Source of the DNA: Octopus bimaculoides
Lineage: Eukaryota
DNA length: 36,398 bases
Assembly (NCBI RefSeq): GCF_001194135.2
Contig: NC_068992.1
Coordinates: forward strand, 11,600,897-11,637,294
Reading direction: 5' to 3'
This document shows positions 12,626-23,953 of the stretch, one piece after another. Under the pieces are notes generated by a model. It searched no databases. It worked only from the letters and a program-made list of their open reading frames with translations, and was not told the DNA's origin. How positions within the stretch are numbered: position 1 is the first letter of the stretch; every line of letters starts with the position of its first letter. The translations under genes were made by a program, and so were the position numbers.

Positions 12626-12922
12626 TGTACTGGAGTTGATGGTATTGACTGCTCCTCCTCGCATGGAAATTGCTAGCCTTCTGCCTGAATCAGAAACCAT
12701 TGTTATGGATTGATAATGGTTTACACAAGCGCCATCCTTTGTGAGAAGGAGCTTGAAATTGTCATGTTCTTGTACTTCGCAATGTACCAATGAAAGTAGT
12801 GAGAGATAAAGCAAACCGCAGAAAAACCTTTTACATGTTTCTATTCAATGCATCTTCCTAACTCATCTGAATAAAATCTCTACAATTGTAAAAAAGAAAG
12901 ACAAAAATAGAGAGTACATATA

Positions 12923-13262
12923 GGCGTAGGAGTGGTTGTGTGGTAAGTAGCTTGCTTACCAACCACATGGTTCCGGATTCAGTCCCACTGCATGGCATCT
13001 TGGGCAAATGTCTTCTACTATAGCCTTGGGCTGACCAAAGCCTTGTGAGTGGATTTGGTAGATGGAAACTGAAAGAAGCCTGTCNNNNNNNNNNCTTGAC
13101 AACTGATGTTGGTGTGTTTACGTCCCCGTAACTTAGCGGTTTGGCAAAAGAGACCGATAGAATAAGTACTAGGCTTCCAAAGAAAAAGTCCTGGGGTCGA
13201 TTTACTCAACTAAAGGCGGTGCTCCAGCATGGCTACAGTCAAAAGACTGAAACAAGTAAAAG
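12923..13262 (+). mobile_element. SINE family A, near full length (internal microsatellite replaced by a 10-N gap)
   Basis: GGCGTAGGAGTGGTTGTGTGGTAAG ... GACTGAAACAAGTAAAAG; matches other A copies along its length. Confidence 0.9.
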
Positions 13263-13310
13263 TGTGTAAAAGTGTAAGTGTATATGAAGTCTCACTTCAT
13301 AATATATGTA

Positions 13311-13414
13311 GTCTAGGGGGTCTGTTCCTGGATGTGTATCAGATTCAGAACCCAAAGCTCACGGGAGACCCACAATGGAATATTTCTCTCACACCAGGAA
13401 CAGACCCCTTAGAC
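13311..13414. repeat. Imperfect inverted repeat / predicted hairpin
   Basis: 13311-13331 GTCTAGGGGGTCTGTTCCTGG pairs with 13394-13414 (20/21), plus 4 more bp (TGTG/CACA) after a 1-nt bulge. Confidence 0.85.
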
Positions 13415-13550
13415 AACAACCAGACTGCTTGGATGATTTGTTGACAGGGAGATGACACCAAACTTCACCTCAGCAGTTTTTCTTGTAGTGTGCAAATTGT
13501 TAAAAGCCACAGAAATACACATATACACATAATATGTATCCACAAAATGA

Positions 13551-13924
13551 TGAGGGCACCGCCGTTTGAGCGTGATAGTTACCAGTGTCGCCCTCCTGGC
13601 ACTTGTGCCGGTGGCACGTGTAAAGTCATTCGAGCAAGGCCATTGCCAGTGCTGCTGGACTGGCTCCTGTGCAGGTGGCACGTAAAATACACCATTTTGA
13701 GCGTGGCCGTTGCCAGTACCACCTGACTAACCTTCGTGCCAGTGGCACGTAAAAGCATCCACAACACTCTTGAAATGGCGTTAGGAAGGGCATCCAGCTG
13801 TAGAAACTCTGCCAAATCAGATTGGAGCCTGGTGTAGCCATCTGGTTTCACCAGTACTCAGTCAAATCATCCAACCCATGCTAGCATGGAAAGCGGACAT
13901 TAAACGATGATGATGATGATGATG
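13551..13924 (+). mobile_element. Family C retroposon, long copy with GTGCC-NNN-GGCAC modules and (GAT)n tail
   Basis: Collinear with 21489-21923; ends ...TTAAACGATGATGATG. Confidence 0.9.
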
Positions 13925-14379
13925 AGGATTCTCAAATCATTACTTGGCCTCAGGCTAACAACACAAAACACATGCCCATGATGATATGAAGTAAAACTGA
14001 ATCAGAGGCTGCATCGTTCAGAAGTATACTTCTTACGCACACAACCATGCCATTTACCAATAATTAGTTAAAGTCCCAATGCACACATTATATATAAAAC
14101 ACGCAATCAATGCTGAGAGCTCACATGCAATATATAATGCTTCTATGGTTACACAGAATGCCTTTAGTATTGTAGATCAAACGTAGATTATGTAGAATAT
14201 GTCTGTGATCAAAGATGAAATAATACAGTGAAGTTTCAACAAAAAGGAATGGATGGTATTGTTTGAATAACAAAACCAACAAAATAAACACACACACACA
14301 CACACACACACACATTCATACTTACATATACACAGACAGACATATAGATACATAGAAAAATGCTTATATACACACTTAC

Positions 14380-14548
14380 ATGCATGCACACATTTATTTA
14401 TACATACATACTTACATGCATACATGCATACATGAATACATGCATGCATACATACATGCATACATACATACATGAATGTATACATACATGCATACATACA
14501 TGCATACATACATACATACATACATGCATACATGCATGCATACATGTG
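14380..14548. repeat. (CATA/CATG)n tetranucleotide array
   Basis: Directly visible. Confidence 0.95.
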
Positions 14549-14574
14549 TACTATTGCTCTGTCTCTTGAGCCCT

Positions 14575-14680
14575 ATCATGCCTGTCCAACCCATGCCAGC
14601 ATGGAAATTGGGTGTTCAATGACAATGATGAGGATGACGATGATGACAATGATGATCATGACAACAGTAATAGTGAAGAT
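14575..14680 (+). mobile_element. Family C 3' fragment with degenerate (GAT)n tail
   Basis: GTCCAACCCATGCCAGCATGGAAA followed by a GAT-rich run. Confidence 0.7.
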
Positions 14681-14687
14681 GATGAAC

Positions 14688-14742
<55 letters not shown>

Positions 14743-15092
14743 CAGTAGTGTGTATCTGTGTGTCAGTGTGTTTTTGATTCTTGTTGTTTTGACATTCTGC
14801 ACTAATTGTAAAAACAACTGCCACTGTCATACAAGCTGTGTCATTCATTTGCAATCTTCCAAGGAAGACCTATCCAGCCATTCTACTGATAGTGTTTGAA
14901 TGACAAGGAGAAATATAACTTTGCTTACAAGCAGAGAGAGACGACAACCAGAGGAGTGGCGGGCCATAAAAAAATCTACCCTCAAAAAATTTTGATTCAC
15001 CCATGATGCAAACATAGAAAAGAGGACATGGAAACAATAATTATGATGACAAAGATGTCGATAATGGTATTTAATAAATATATTCTCATTAA

Positions 15093-15307
15093 AGTGGCGA
15101 GCTGGCAGAAATGGCAGCACGCTGGGCAAAATGCTTAGCGGCATTTCATTTGTCTTTACGTTCTGAGTTCAAATTCCGCTGAGATTGACTTTGCCTTTCA
15201 TCCTTTCGGGGTCGATAAATTAAGTACCAGCTGTGTCCTGGGGTTGATCTAATCGACTGGCCCCCTCCCCCAAAATTTCGGGCCTTGTGCCTAGAGTAGA
15301 AAAGAAT
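15093..15307 (+). mobile_element. SINE family B (tRNA-derived type)
   Basis: Head GGCGAGCTGGCAGAA (A-box-like) and GAGTTCAAATTCC (B-box-like); homologous to the adjacent copy at 15325-15565. Confidence 0.85.
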
Positions 15308-15324
15308 ATCAGATGTTCTCATTA

Positions 15325-15565
15325 AGGCAGCGAGCTGGTAGGATAATTAGCTGGTAGGATTATTAGCTGGTAGGATAATTAGCATGCACAGCAGAATGCT
15401 TACTGTCCTTTTGTTTGTTTTTACACACTGAGTTCAAATTCTGCCAAGGTCAGCTATGTCTTTCAGCCTTTCAGGGTCAATGAAATAAGTACCAGTTGAA
15501 TACTGGGGTCAATGTAATCCTCTTACCCACTCCCAAAATTGCTGGTCTTATGACAAAATTTGAAG
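15325..15565 (+). mobile_element. SINE family B, more diverged tandem copy with 3x16-nt head expansion
   Basis: Collinear with 15093-15307; AGCTGGTAGGATWATT three times at 15333-15380. Confidence 0.8.
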
Positions 15566-16765
15566 CCAAAATCTATCTTCTTATTTCAATACTGTTGAGG
15601 TCAGTCTTTGTAATTCTACCTCCCCAGGGTCATTAATGAGAGCCATTAATAAATACCCTAGTGTTAATTCACTCAATTATGTTCTTGCTACACAAAAAAG
15701 ATATTGTATTGGAGAGAAAAAAAAGAAAGAAAAAACAGTCACTATTTATGTTTAAATTTAAATGTAAAAAAACAGTATTACTAAATTGTAATATTTTTTG
15801 TTATATTTAAAACCTTTTACATAAACTTATAAAGTCAGCTGAAAGTAGAAATTTAAACGTTTCGTATAAATTGACATGTGCTTTTAGACAAAATGTATTT
15901 AAAATCTGAGAGAAAATTGTGTTGCAAAATATTTATTGTACTTTGTAAAGGAGTTGCTTGTTTGGTTTCATTTAGCTTTTTTTTTTTTTTTTTTTTTTNN
16001 NNNNNNNNNNNNNNNNNNNNNNNNNNNNNNNNNNNNNNNNNNNNNNNNNNNNNNNNNNNNNNNNNNNNNNNNNNNNNNNNNNNNNNNNNNNNNNNNNNNN
16101 NNNNNNNNNNNNNNNNNNNNNNNNNNNNNNNNNNNNNNNNNNNNNNNNNNNNNNNNNNNNNNNNNNNNNNNNNNNNNNNNNNNNNNNNNNNNNNNNNNNN
16201 NNNNNNNNNNNNNNNNNNNNNNNNNNNNNNNNNNNNNNNNNNNNNNNNNNNNNNNNNNNNNNNNNNNNNNNNNNNNNNNNNNNNNNNNNNNNNNNNNNNN
16301 NNNNNNNNNNNNNNNNNNNNNNNNNNNNNNNNNNNNNNNNNNNNNNNNNNNNNNNNNNNNNNNNNNNNNNNNNNNNNNNNNNNNNNNNNNNNNNNNNNNN
16401 NNNNNNNNNNNNNNNNNNNNNNNNNNNNNNNNNNNNNNNNNNNNNNNNNNNNNNNNNNNNNNNNNNNNNNNNNNNNNNNNNNNNNNNNNNNNNNNNNNNN
16501 NNNNNNNNNNNNNNNNNNNNNNNNNNNNNNNNNNNNNNNNNNNNNNNNNNNNNNNNNNNNNNNNNNNNNNNNNNNNNNNNNNNNNNNNNNNNNNNNNNNN
16601 NNNNNNNNNNNNNNNNNNNNNNNNNNNNNNNNNNNNNNNNNNNNNNNNNNNNNNNNNNNNNNNNNNNNNNNNNNNNNNNNNNNNNNNNNNNNNNNNNNNN
16701 NNNNNNNNNNNNNNNNNNNNNNNNNNNNNNNNNNNNNNNNNNNNNNNNNNNNNNNNNNNNNNNNN

Positions 16766-16800
<35 letters not shown>

Positions 16801-17273
16801 TATCTTTGTGTGTGGGTGTTTGTGTCTGCACAGAAAGAGGTAGGGAGAGCCTTAACACTTCTGCTGTAAAGAATGGGTCTTTTTGAGTAGAACAAAGCAT
16901 CAGGTATCTCAGTCTTTTGTCATCTTGTCTGAAATATTCAGCATCCTGGGGGGAGGGGGTGCTTGTGTGTGTGTCCAACCCATGCCAGCAAGGAAAAGTG
17001 CAACAAATGTATTGAGTAATCTTTCAGTTTAATGTAAGGTTGTTTTTATTATAACATCAAAATAAATATTAATGTGTGTGTGTATGTGTGTGTGCAAGTG
17101 TGTCTGCATGTGTTTGTGTGTCTGTAGTGTGTGTGTGTCTGTGGTGTGTGTGTCTGTGGTGTGTGTGTCTGGTGTGTCTGTATAAATTGAGAGACAGAGA
17201 GAGAAAGAGAGAGACAGACAGACAGATATAGACAGACAAACAGACAAATAGACAAATAGATAGATAGATAGAT

Positions 17274-17311
<38 letters not shown>

Positions 17312-17407
17312 GCCTTGACAGACAGAAAGGTAGATAAATACATAGAATACATTGATAATGTGTGTACATTATCTATGTATTTATGGGGTTCTGCATATGT
17401 ATGTGTG

Positions 17408-17448
<41 letters not shown>

Positions 17449-17608
17449 GGGAGCAATCTTCTATAAATGGCAAACTGCCACAGTACATACTTTTCAGCTC
17501 CGTCTCTGCTTTCTGGGGTCAAATCCCAACAGTGTTGGCTTCAATGTTTATCCCTCTGGTGTGGATAAAATTAATACCAATGGTTTTCAATCAAGTGTAT
17601 CTCCTTAC

Positions 17609-17665
17609 CCCTTGCCAGCAACACATGGCTAAATATATCATCAAAATAAATTGCTGTTACAAATG
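17609..17665 (-). CDS. Candidate exon: (A)FVTAIYFDDIFSHVLLAR(G)
   Basis: CCTTATAG acceptor and strong AGG G|GTAAGG donor. The frame is also open upstream to an ATG (MGRKVTEDGKTAGLTTLVLIAFVTAIYF...). Confidence 0.22.
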
Positions 17666-17807
17666 CTATAAGGACCAGTGTAGTTAGACCAGCTGTTTTG
17701 CCATCTTCAGTTACTTTCCTCCCCATCCAAAGCTCAGCCCCTCACCCAGATCAAACTGGCACCAAATTTAGAAACCAATAGCAAGGAAATATTTTTCTTT
17801 TTAAATT

Positions 17808-18043
17808 TCTCTTACTTTATACTTGTTTCAGTCATTTGACTGTGGCCATGCTGGGGCACCACCTTGAAGAGTTTTAGGTGAACAATTCAACCTATGTAGT
17901 TATGCCTTTCTTTGTTTCTTTTTTATGCCTGGTGCTTACTTTATTGGTCTCTTTTGCCAACATGCTAAGTTTTAGGGATGTAAACACTGATTGTCAAGTA
18001 TTGTGGGCAGTGACAAACAAAGACAAAATTACTCATACAAGCT
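17808..18043 (-). mobile_element. SINE family A, 3' half
   Basis: Matches 5938-6150. Confidence 0.8.
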
Positions 18044-18044
18044 C

Positions 18045-18885
18045 TCCCCTCTGGCTGGGTAGCCATGTATCTCCTCTACAGTAGCACACCTATTTCTGCC
18101 CTCTTTTTTCATCACTCTCTCTCTCTCTCTTTTTCTCTTGTTTTACCTCTGACTAGGTAACCAAATATCTTTTACATCTCTTTTACATCAGCACACTTGT
18201 TTCTGTCCTCTTTCTTGTACCTCTCTCTCTCTCTCTCTTCCTCTCCCTCTCTTTCTCTTCCTCTCCCTCTCTTTCTCTTCCTCTCTTTCTCTTCTCTCTG
18301 TCTTCTTTCTCTCTTCCCCTCTCTCTTTCTCTCTCTCTCTCTCTTACTCCTCTATAGCAAGATACCTGTTTCTGTCTCTGTATTTCTCTCTCACACTCTA
18401 ACCTTTCATCAACTGACACCGGATCACCTCCTCCAGTGCCCCCTCCTTTATAGCAAGACACTTGTTTCTGCCTGTCTACCTCTTTGTCACACTTTAGCCT
18501 TTCATCCTCGGACACAAGACCCCCTCCTCAAATGCCCCTACCCCTCTTAAAATTCCTTGTCTTGTAAGTTACTTGGTGACCCAGCCATTGCTGGTGCTAC
18601 ATAAAAAGCATCCAGTCCATATTGCAAGGTGGTTGCAATTTAGAAGGGCATCCAGCTGTAAAAATCATGTTAAAACTAATCTCGTCTGTGCTAGTGCCAC
18701 GTAAAAAGCACTGAGTCCACTCTGTGGAGTGGTTGGTGTTAGGAAGGGCATTCAGCTATAAAAACCATCCTGAAACAGACACAGTAACCTAGGGTAGTTT
18801 TCTACCTGGCCAGCACCTGTCAACCATCCTACCCTTGCATTGAAGATAGATGTTAAATGATGATGACAATGATGATGATGATGAT
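18045..18885 (+). mobile_element. Long family C-related element with internal duplications and (GAT)n tail, nested in a family A copy
   Basis: Two AAGGGCATCCAGCT-type cores (~18645, ~18745), ~95-nt duplicated units at 18349-18540, and a tail TTAAATGATGATG at ~18855-18885. The 5' boundary is approximate. Confidence 0.65.
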
Positions 18886-19084
18886 ATATATATATACATA
18901 TATATATTTGTGTGTGTATGTGTGTGTGTGTGTGTGTGGGTGTGTGTGTATAGGGAGAGGGAGAGAAAGTGAGAGAGACATTATTGATATATATATATGT
19001 TTGTGTGTGTATATATATATATATGCATGTATATGTATATATATGTATGCATGTTTATATATACATATATATATATGCACATGT

Positions 19085-19245
19085 ATATACAATGGGCTTC
19101 CACACAGTTTCTGTCTATCAAATTCACTCACAAAGCATTAGCCATCCTGGGACCATAGTAGAAGCCACTTGTCCAAGGTGCCACACAGGGGTAGTGAACC
19201 GGAAACCATGGGGCTGCTAAGCAGGTTTCTTAACCACGTAGCTAC
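19085..19245 (-). mobile_element. SINE family A, 5' half (continuation of 17808-18043)
   Basis: Matches 6190-6345. Confidence 0.8.
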
Positions 19246-20135
19246 ATTTGTGTGATTATTTTTACTAGTTACCTGAGAAATACGATGAGAGGGAGAAGTT
19301 TAAACAATGAACCTGTCTCAGTGTTCATGTTGTCAATCTTAGTGGCAAAATGCTAAGTTGATTCAAAGAAGATTTGAATTTGGTAGTGCCAGATACTGAG
19401 CTAGATACAGCAAACTGTTTTACCGGACATTCATTTATGAGCACCATACATATGAAGAAAATATTAACACAAGAAATGGAAAATATATTTAGAGGAATAA
19501 ATAAATAAATAAATAAATGCCAGAAGAAAAACTGTATTAGTATGGCATTTTCTTAGCGAGTGTCTATGGAAAAGGAAAAAAATCATTCAAGGAATGCAGA
19601 TTAATATATTTTGTTGACTTCTCTAAGCAGAAATGTCAATGTTATTAACAATTTCCATGGAAGTGTTCAGAATTTTGGTCCAAAAAGAGAAGGTCATTTA
19701 AAAATGTAATTGCTAAGGTAACCAAATCTGATACAAGATTCATGATGAAGATTAACCATCATAATTCAAAATGACAAAACAAATATTTTAATGTCAAAAA
19801 TTTCTAATGGTGCTGCTATTCAAAAATGTACCACTATATTGTTGTCAGAGCAATGACCAGACTATTATTAACCTCATCTATTATTTCTGTCTATATTTTA
19901 TAGAATTTTGATTTGCCAATTTTCCAAATCATCTTCAGCTATCATATTTTTCCATTTGAACTTATTCTTCACTTAGAGTTCAATACATGGTCCCCAAGCC
20001 TTTACATTGTCACTGATGGACCTATGATCCATAAACTGGAAGAGTCTAGAAATATAACACTAGGATTCTGCAAGCTATGTTCAACACTCTCAAAATGCTT
20101 TGGTGTTCTTCCAGTGGCCACAACTGGAATCTCTA

Positions 20136-20295
20136 GGTGCTTAAGACATTTACTTTGCAGTCACAGAGTTTTGAGTTCAATCCCACTCCACAGTATCATG
20201 GGTAAGCATCTTCTAATATGGCTCTGAGCTGACCAATGTCTTTTGAGTGAATTTAGTTCACAGAAACTGGAAGTCCATGATGTGTGTGCATTTAC
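20136..20295 (+). mobile_element. SINE family A, diverged 5' half
   Basis: GAGTTCAATCCCACT...GGGTAAGCATCTTCT...GACCAA..TGAGTGAATTT matches 12970-13080. Confidence 0.7.
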
Positions 20296-20311
20296 GTACA
20301 TATATGTAAAA

Positions 20312-20557
20312 AGCACCATTCGAACATGACCAATGCCAGTGCCACCTGATTGGCTCTGATGCCAGTGGCAAGTAAAAAGCACCCACTACACTCTCAGAGT
20401 AGTTGGTGTTAAGAAGGGCATCCAGTATTAGAAACCTTGCTAAATCAGATTGGAGCCTGGTGCGGCCTCCCTGTTTGCCAGTACTCAGTCAAACCATCCA
20501 ACTCATGCCAGCATGAAAAGCAGGTGTTAAAAAACGACGATGATGATGATGATGATG
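20312..20557 (+). mobile_element. Family C copy with (GAT)n tail
   Basis: Collinear with the 3' two-thirds of 13551-13924. Confidence 0.85.
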
Positions 20558-20568
20558 AGGATTATATA

Positions 20569-20657
<89 letters not shown>

Positions 20658-21011
20658 TCATATAGTGTGTGTATGTGTTTATAGTTGTGATAGTGCTTGC
20701 CCTCGCCACTGTTTCATGGAGTTGGTGGTGATAATGGTGATGACAATGATGCTGATGCCACTAATGTCAACATCAACAATGGTGATTTCATATCAAATAC
20801 CAATTTTTGTGCGCTTATCTGCAATGCTCTAAAATCTAGTTTATTTATTTGACCTGTCTGTCATTTTACTTTTACTTTCATTTAACAAATAAATAACTAG
20901 CAACAAGAAGGGCATTAAACCAAACTTGTTTTTTCCCCCCTTTTATAAATTGATGGTTCTGGCAAACATTGCTAAATAAAACAGATTGTTAAAATATTAT
21001 TTTGTTTGCAG

Positions 21012-21065
21012 ATCACAAACTGGAAACCATTGATATAGAGTCACTGAATGTAAATTTGACCTCAG
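21012..21065 (+). CDS. Candidate internal exon: (D)HKLETIDIESLNVNLTS(x)
   Basis: Near-consensus acceptor TTATTTTGTTTGCAG and donor CAG|GTAAAA; 54 nt, open, phase 1 to phase 1. Confidence 0.4.
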
Positions 21066-21488
21066 GTAAAATATATGTTTAAATGGGGAAAAAATAGATA
21101 CCAGACAGCTCTTGTACAGAATTCAAGAATGCTTTGACATTACGTCTGGCAGATGGAACTTAAAAGTTTGATGCTCTACTGACTGAGCTAAATTTCAGGT
21201 CTTGTTCTTAAAGTAGAGAAGATTATTTCTAGCAGATGGTAAACAAAAACCATGGAAGAATACATTTATCAAGGTCCAAGAGTTCTCATACAAGAATTCA
21301 AACTCAGCTGCATTTGTTAATGAAACACTCATTAAACCTTTTATGAAGAAACACTGCTTTAGTTTCAATTACTTTTGAAAATAATGAAGATCTTAGTAGA
21401 CTGACTTTCTCATTATGAAGCAGGTGTTTGGAATGTGAGTTAATATAAAATTTTGATGGAAGATTTTAATTGAGATTATTTTAAAATT

Positions 21489-21923
21489 ACCTTCCTGGCA
21501 CTTGTGCCAGTAGCACGTGAAAAGACATTTGAGCGAGATCATTGCCAGTGCCGATGGACTGGCTCCTGTGCAGGTGACATGTAATACACCATTTTGAGCA
21601 TGGCCTTTGCCAGTAAGACATCCAAGCGAAATCGTTGCCAGTGCCACCGGACTGGCTCCTGTGCAGGTTGCACGTAAAATACACCATTTTGAGCGTGGCC
21701 GTTGCCAGTACTGCCTGACTGGCCTTCGTGCCGGTGGCACGTAAAAGCACACACTGCACTCTCAGAGTGGTTGGCGTTAGGTAGGACATCCAGTTGTAGA
21801 AACTCTGCCAAATCAGATTGGAGCCTGGTGTCGCCTCTTGGTCCACCAGTCCTCAGTCAAATCGTCCAACTCATGCTAGCATGGAAAGCGGACGTTAAAT
21901 GACGATGATGATGATGATGATGA
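21489..21923 (+). mobile_element. Family C copy with an extra ~94-nt internal tandem duplication
   Basis: Units at 21522-21614 and 21615-21709; otherwise collinear with 13551-13924. Confidence 0.9.
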
Positions 21924-22169
21924 AAATGTTTTGATCATAGAATTTGAGGTCATTTCAGGTGGGATACTATCAAAAGGGTTCACTTGTAAATAGTTCAATA
22001 AAAATGTTTCTTTTCCAGGGATTTTACCCACTAGTTAAAATCTAAAGGTGTATGAGATTTTGAAATTCTCTTGAAGTCCTTGTTAATGAGGCTAATTAAA
22101 AAATATTGGCCAGGAAACATAAATCTGCATTTAAGAAATTTCTCTTTTCCTTTTCTCTACTGCTGAACA

Positions 22170-22520
22170 ATTAACTACCTTTTCAGCGACATGGTTCTAG
22201 GTTTAGTTCCAATGCATAGAACTTTTGGGCATATGTTTTCCTATACAGCCCCACACTGACCAAAGTACCTTGAGAGTGGATTTGGTAAACTGAAACTGAA
22301 GGAATCCCATTGTGTGTGTGTGTGTGTGTGTGTGTTTTTGTATCTGTGTTTATCTTCTACCACCACTTGACAACCAGTGTTGGTGTGTTTACATCCCCAT
22401 AACTTGGTGGCCCAGCAAATGAGATCAATTGAATAACTACCAGGTTTTAAAAAAGTAAGCTCTGGGATCGATTCATTTGTCTAAATTTCTTCGAGGCAGT
22501 GCCCCAGCATGGCAGCAAGT
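22170..22520 (+). mobile_element. SINE family A, diverged copy with internal (TG)n
   Basis: Collinear with 12950-13240. Confidence 0.8.
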
Positions 22521-23434
22521 TAAAGAGAACATGCCTTTTAAACTATTTTCTTTCTGTAAGAAAGGTCTAATGTTGTAAAAATGTTGAATTTAGCTTAGTT
22601 TATTTGTCTCAAGCGATGTCATGCTGACAGTTCCAAAGAAGGATGAACTAATGCGTTACAAGGGTACCAACGATGAGAAGCTTTAAGAACTCCATAATAT
22701 GCACTAAAAACAAATATTAAATATGTATGCCCTTTTCATCTTTATTCTATGATGTAAATCCCACACTTTCAAATCTGAATCATCTTAATCTAGAAGAGAT
22801 TATCTCCATTGTAATAGTTAATCACCAGTAGCACATCACATGTTTAATTAAGAAAATTCTTTGAAAACATATATAAAATCCACACTTTGCAATTCACAGA
22901 ATGTCAAACTTGTGATAAAAAAGAAAAACGTTTTTTTCCTCTACAGCTCATCTCTATGGAAATGTGCATTCATGAAGCATATCACACACACTGTGTGGCT
23001 TGTTACAGTTGCAAGAATGACGCCAAATCATTAAAGAGTTAATTAAACATTGCCCCCAAAGCTTACTGCAGGCTTTCCTATAGATGATATATGTTAACAT
23101 CTAAATGCACTTAACCAATTAGTATGGATTCTATTCATCCTCCACAAAGAACCCTATATGAAACTCTGGTCTCCTTTGTTGCAAAATATATCAACATATC
23201 CTTCTGTTATTTATATCTCTATCTCTGCAAACCAATTCATTTTGACAGAAGCCATTTTGACATCCAGTATCTTTTAATAATTCATGCATAGGAAGGATTC
23301 TCTTTGCAGTTGCATAACAGGCTAGAAATAGAAGCTAAATCTCTCAATCTCTACAGTATTAAGAATGTATGCACAGTTTAGTCTTACATGGGATGGCCAT
23401 GGCTTGAATGTCTTTACTAATAGATCTATCTTAA

Positions 23435-23758
23435 CACGGTTGACATGGGTTAAACAACAACAACTGAGCACTCCACAGACACGTGTACCCTTAACATAGT
23501 TCTCGGGGATATTCAGCGTGACACAGTGTGACAAGGCTAACCCTTTGAATTACAGGCACAACAGAAACAGGAAGTAAGAGTGAGAGAAAGTTGTGGTGAA
23601 AGAGTACAGCAGGGTTCGCCACCATCCCCTGCCGGAGCCTAGTGGAGTTTTAGGTGTTTTCAATCAATAAACACTCACAACACCCGGTCTGGGAATCGAA
23701 ACCGCGATCCTATGACCGCGAGTCTGCTGCCCTAACCACTGGGCCATTATGCCTCCAC
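23435..23758 (-). mobile_element. SINE family D with a clear tRNA-derived (Arg-like) head
   Basis: Minus strand GTGGAGGCATAATGGCCCAGTGGTTAGGGCAGCAGACTCGCGGTCATAGGATCGCGGTTTCGATTCC: A box TGGCCCAGTGG, B box GTTTCGATTCC, TCG at the anticodon-like position. The body domain is shared with 30240-30350. tRNA-derived SINEs (OK/OR families) are established in octopus; assignment to them is not verified. Confidence 0.85.
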
Positions 23759-23953
23759 TTTCCACGAGATACGTAGAGAGCGTTCTTCTTAACAGAGCTG
23801 AAACCTGAACTGTGAAGGAATTCAAATTGTAATGTAGTCAGAGTGTGATACAATTGGGGCAGCCTTTGAGCTTAGCCCACCAACCTACTGGGTATGAGGG
23901 GCCTGCCTATACAGGCTTGCACAAGATACTCAAAGTGCTGCACCAATAAAACT

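Noticed and set aside
12602-12814. Minus ORF with SDSGRRLAISMRGG, superficially WD40-like
   Set aside because: Resemblance is too short, the acceptor is weak, and the 3' end runs into a SINE fragment.
13579-13851. ORFs over family C copies (also 21393-21902)
   Set aside because: Open frames within a GC-richer non-coding repeat; not preserved in frame between copies.
15333-15383. Short direct repeats suggestive of CRISPR (also the modules at 21522-21709)
   Set aside because: No unique spacers, no cas genes, eukaryotic context, and they lie inside SINE-like elements.
19990-20135. Minus-strand open frame EIPVVATGRTPKHFESVEHSLQNPSVIFLDSSSLWIIG
   Set aside because: The acceptor overlaps a SINE edge, the donor is uncertain, and the antisense ORF is equally open.
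22614-22686. Plus frame DVMLTVPKKDELMRYKGTNDEKL*
   Set aside because: Short, with an AAG acceptor, no phase-compatible neighbour among the better exons, and no homology.
23683-23758. Functional tRNA-Arg gene
   Set aside because: The 5' GTGGAGG has no complementary 3' acceptor stem, and the sequence continues into a SINE body.
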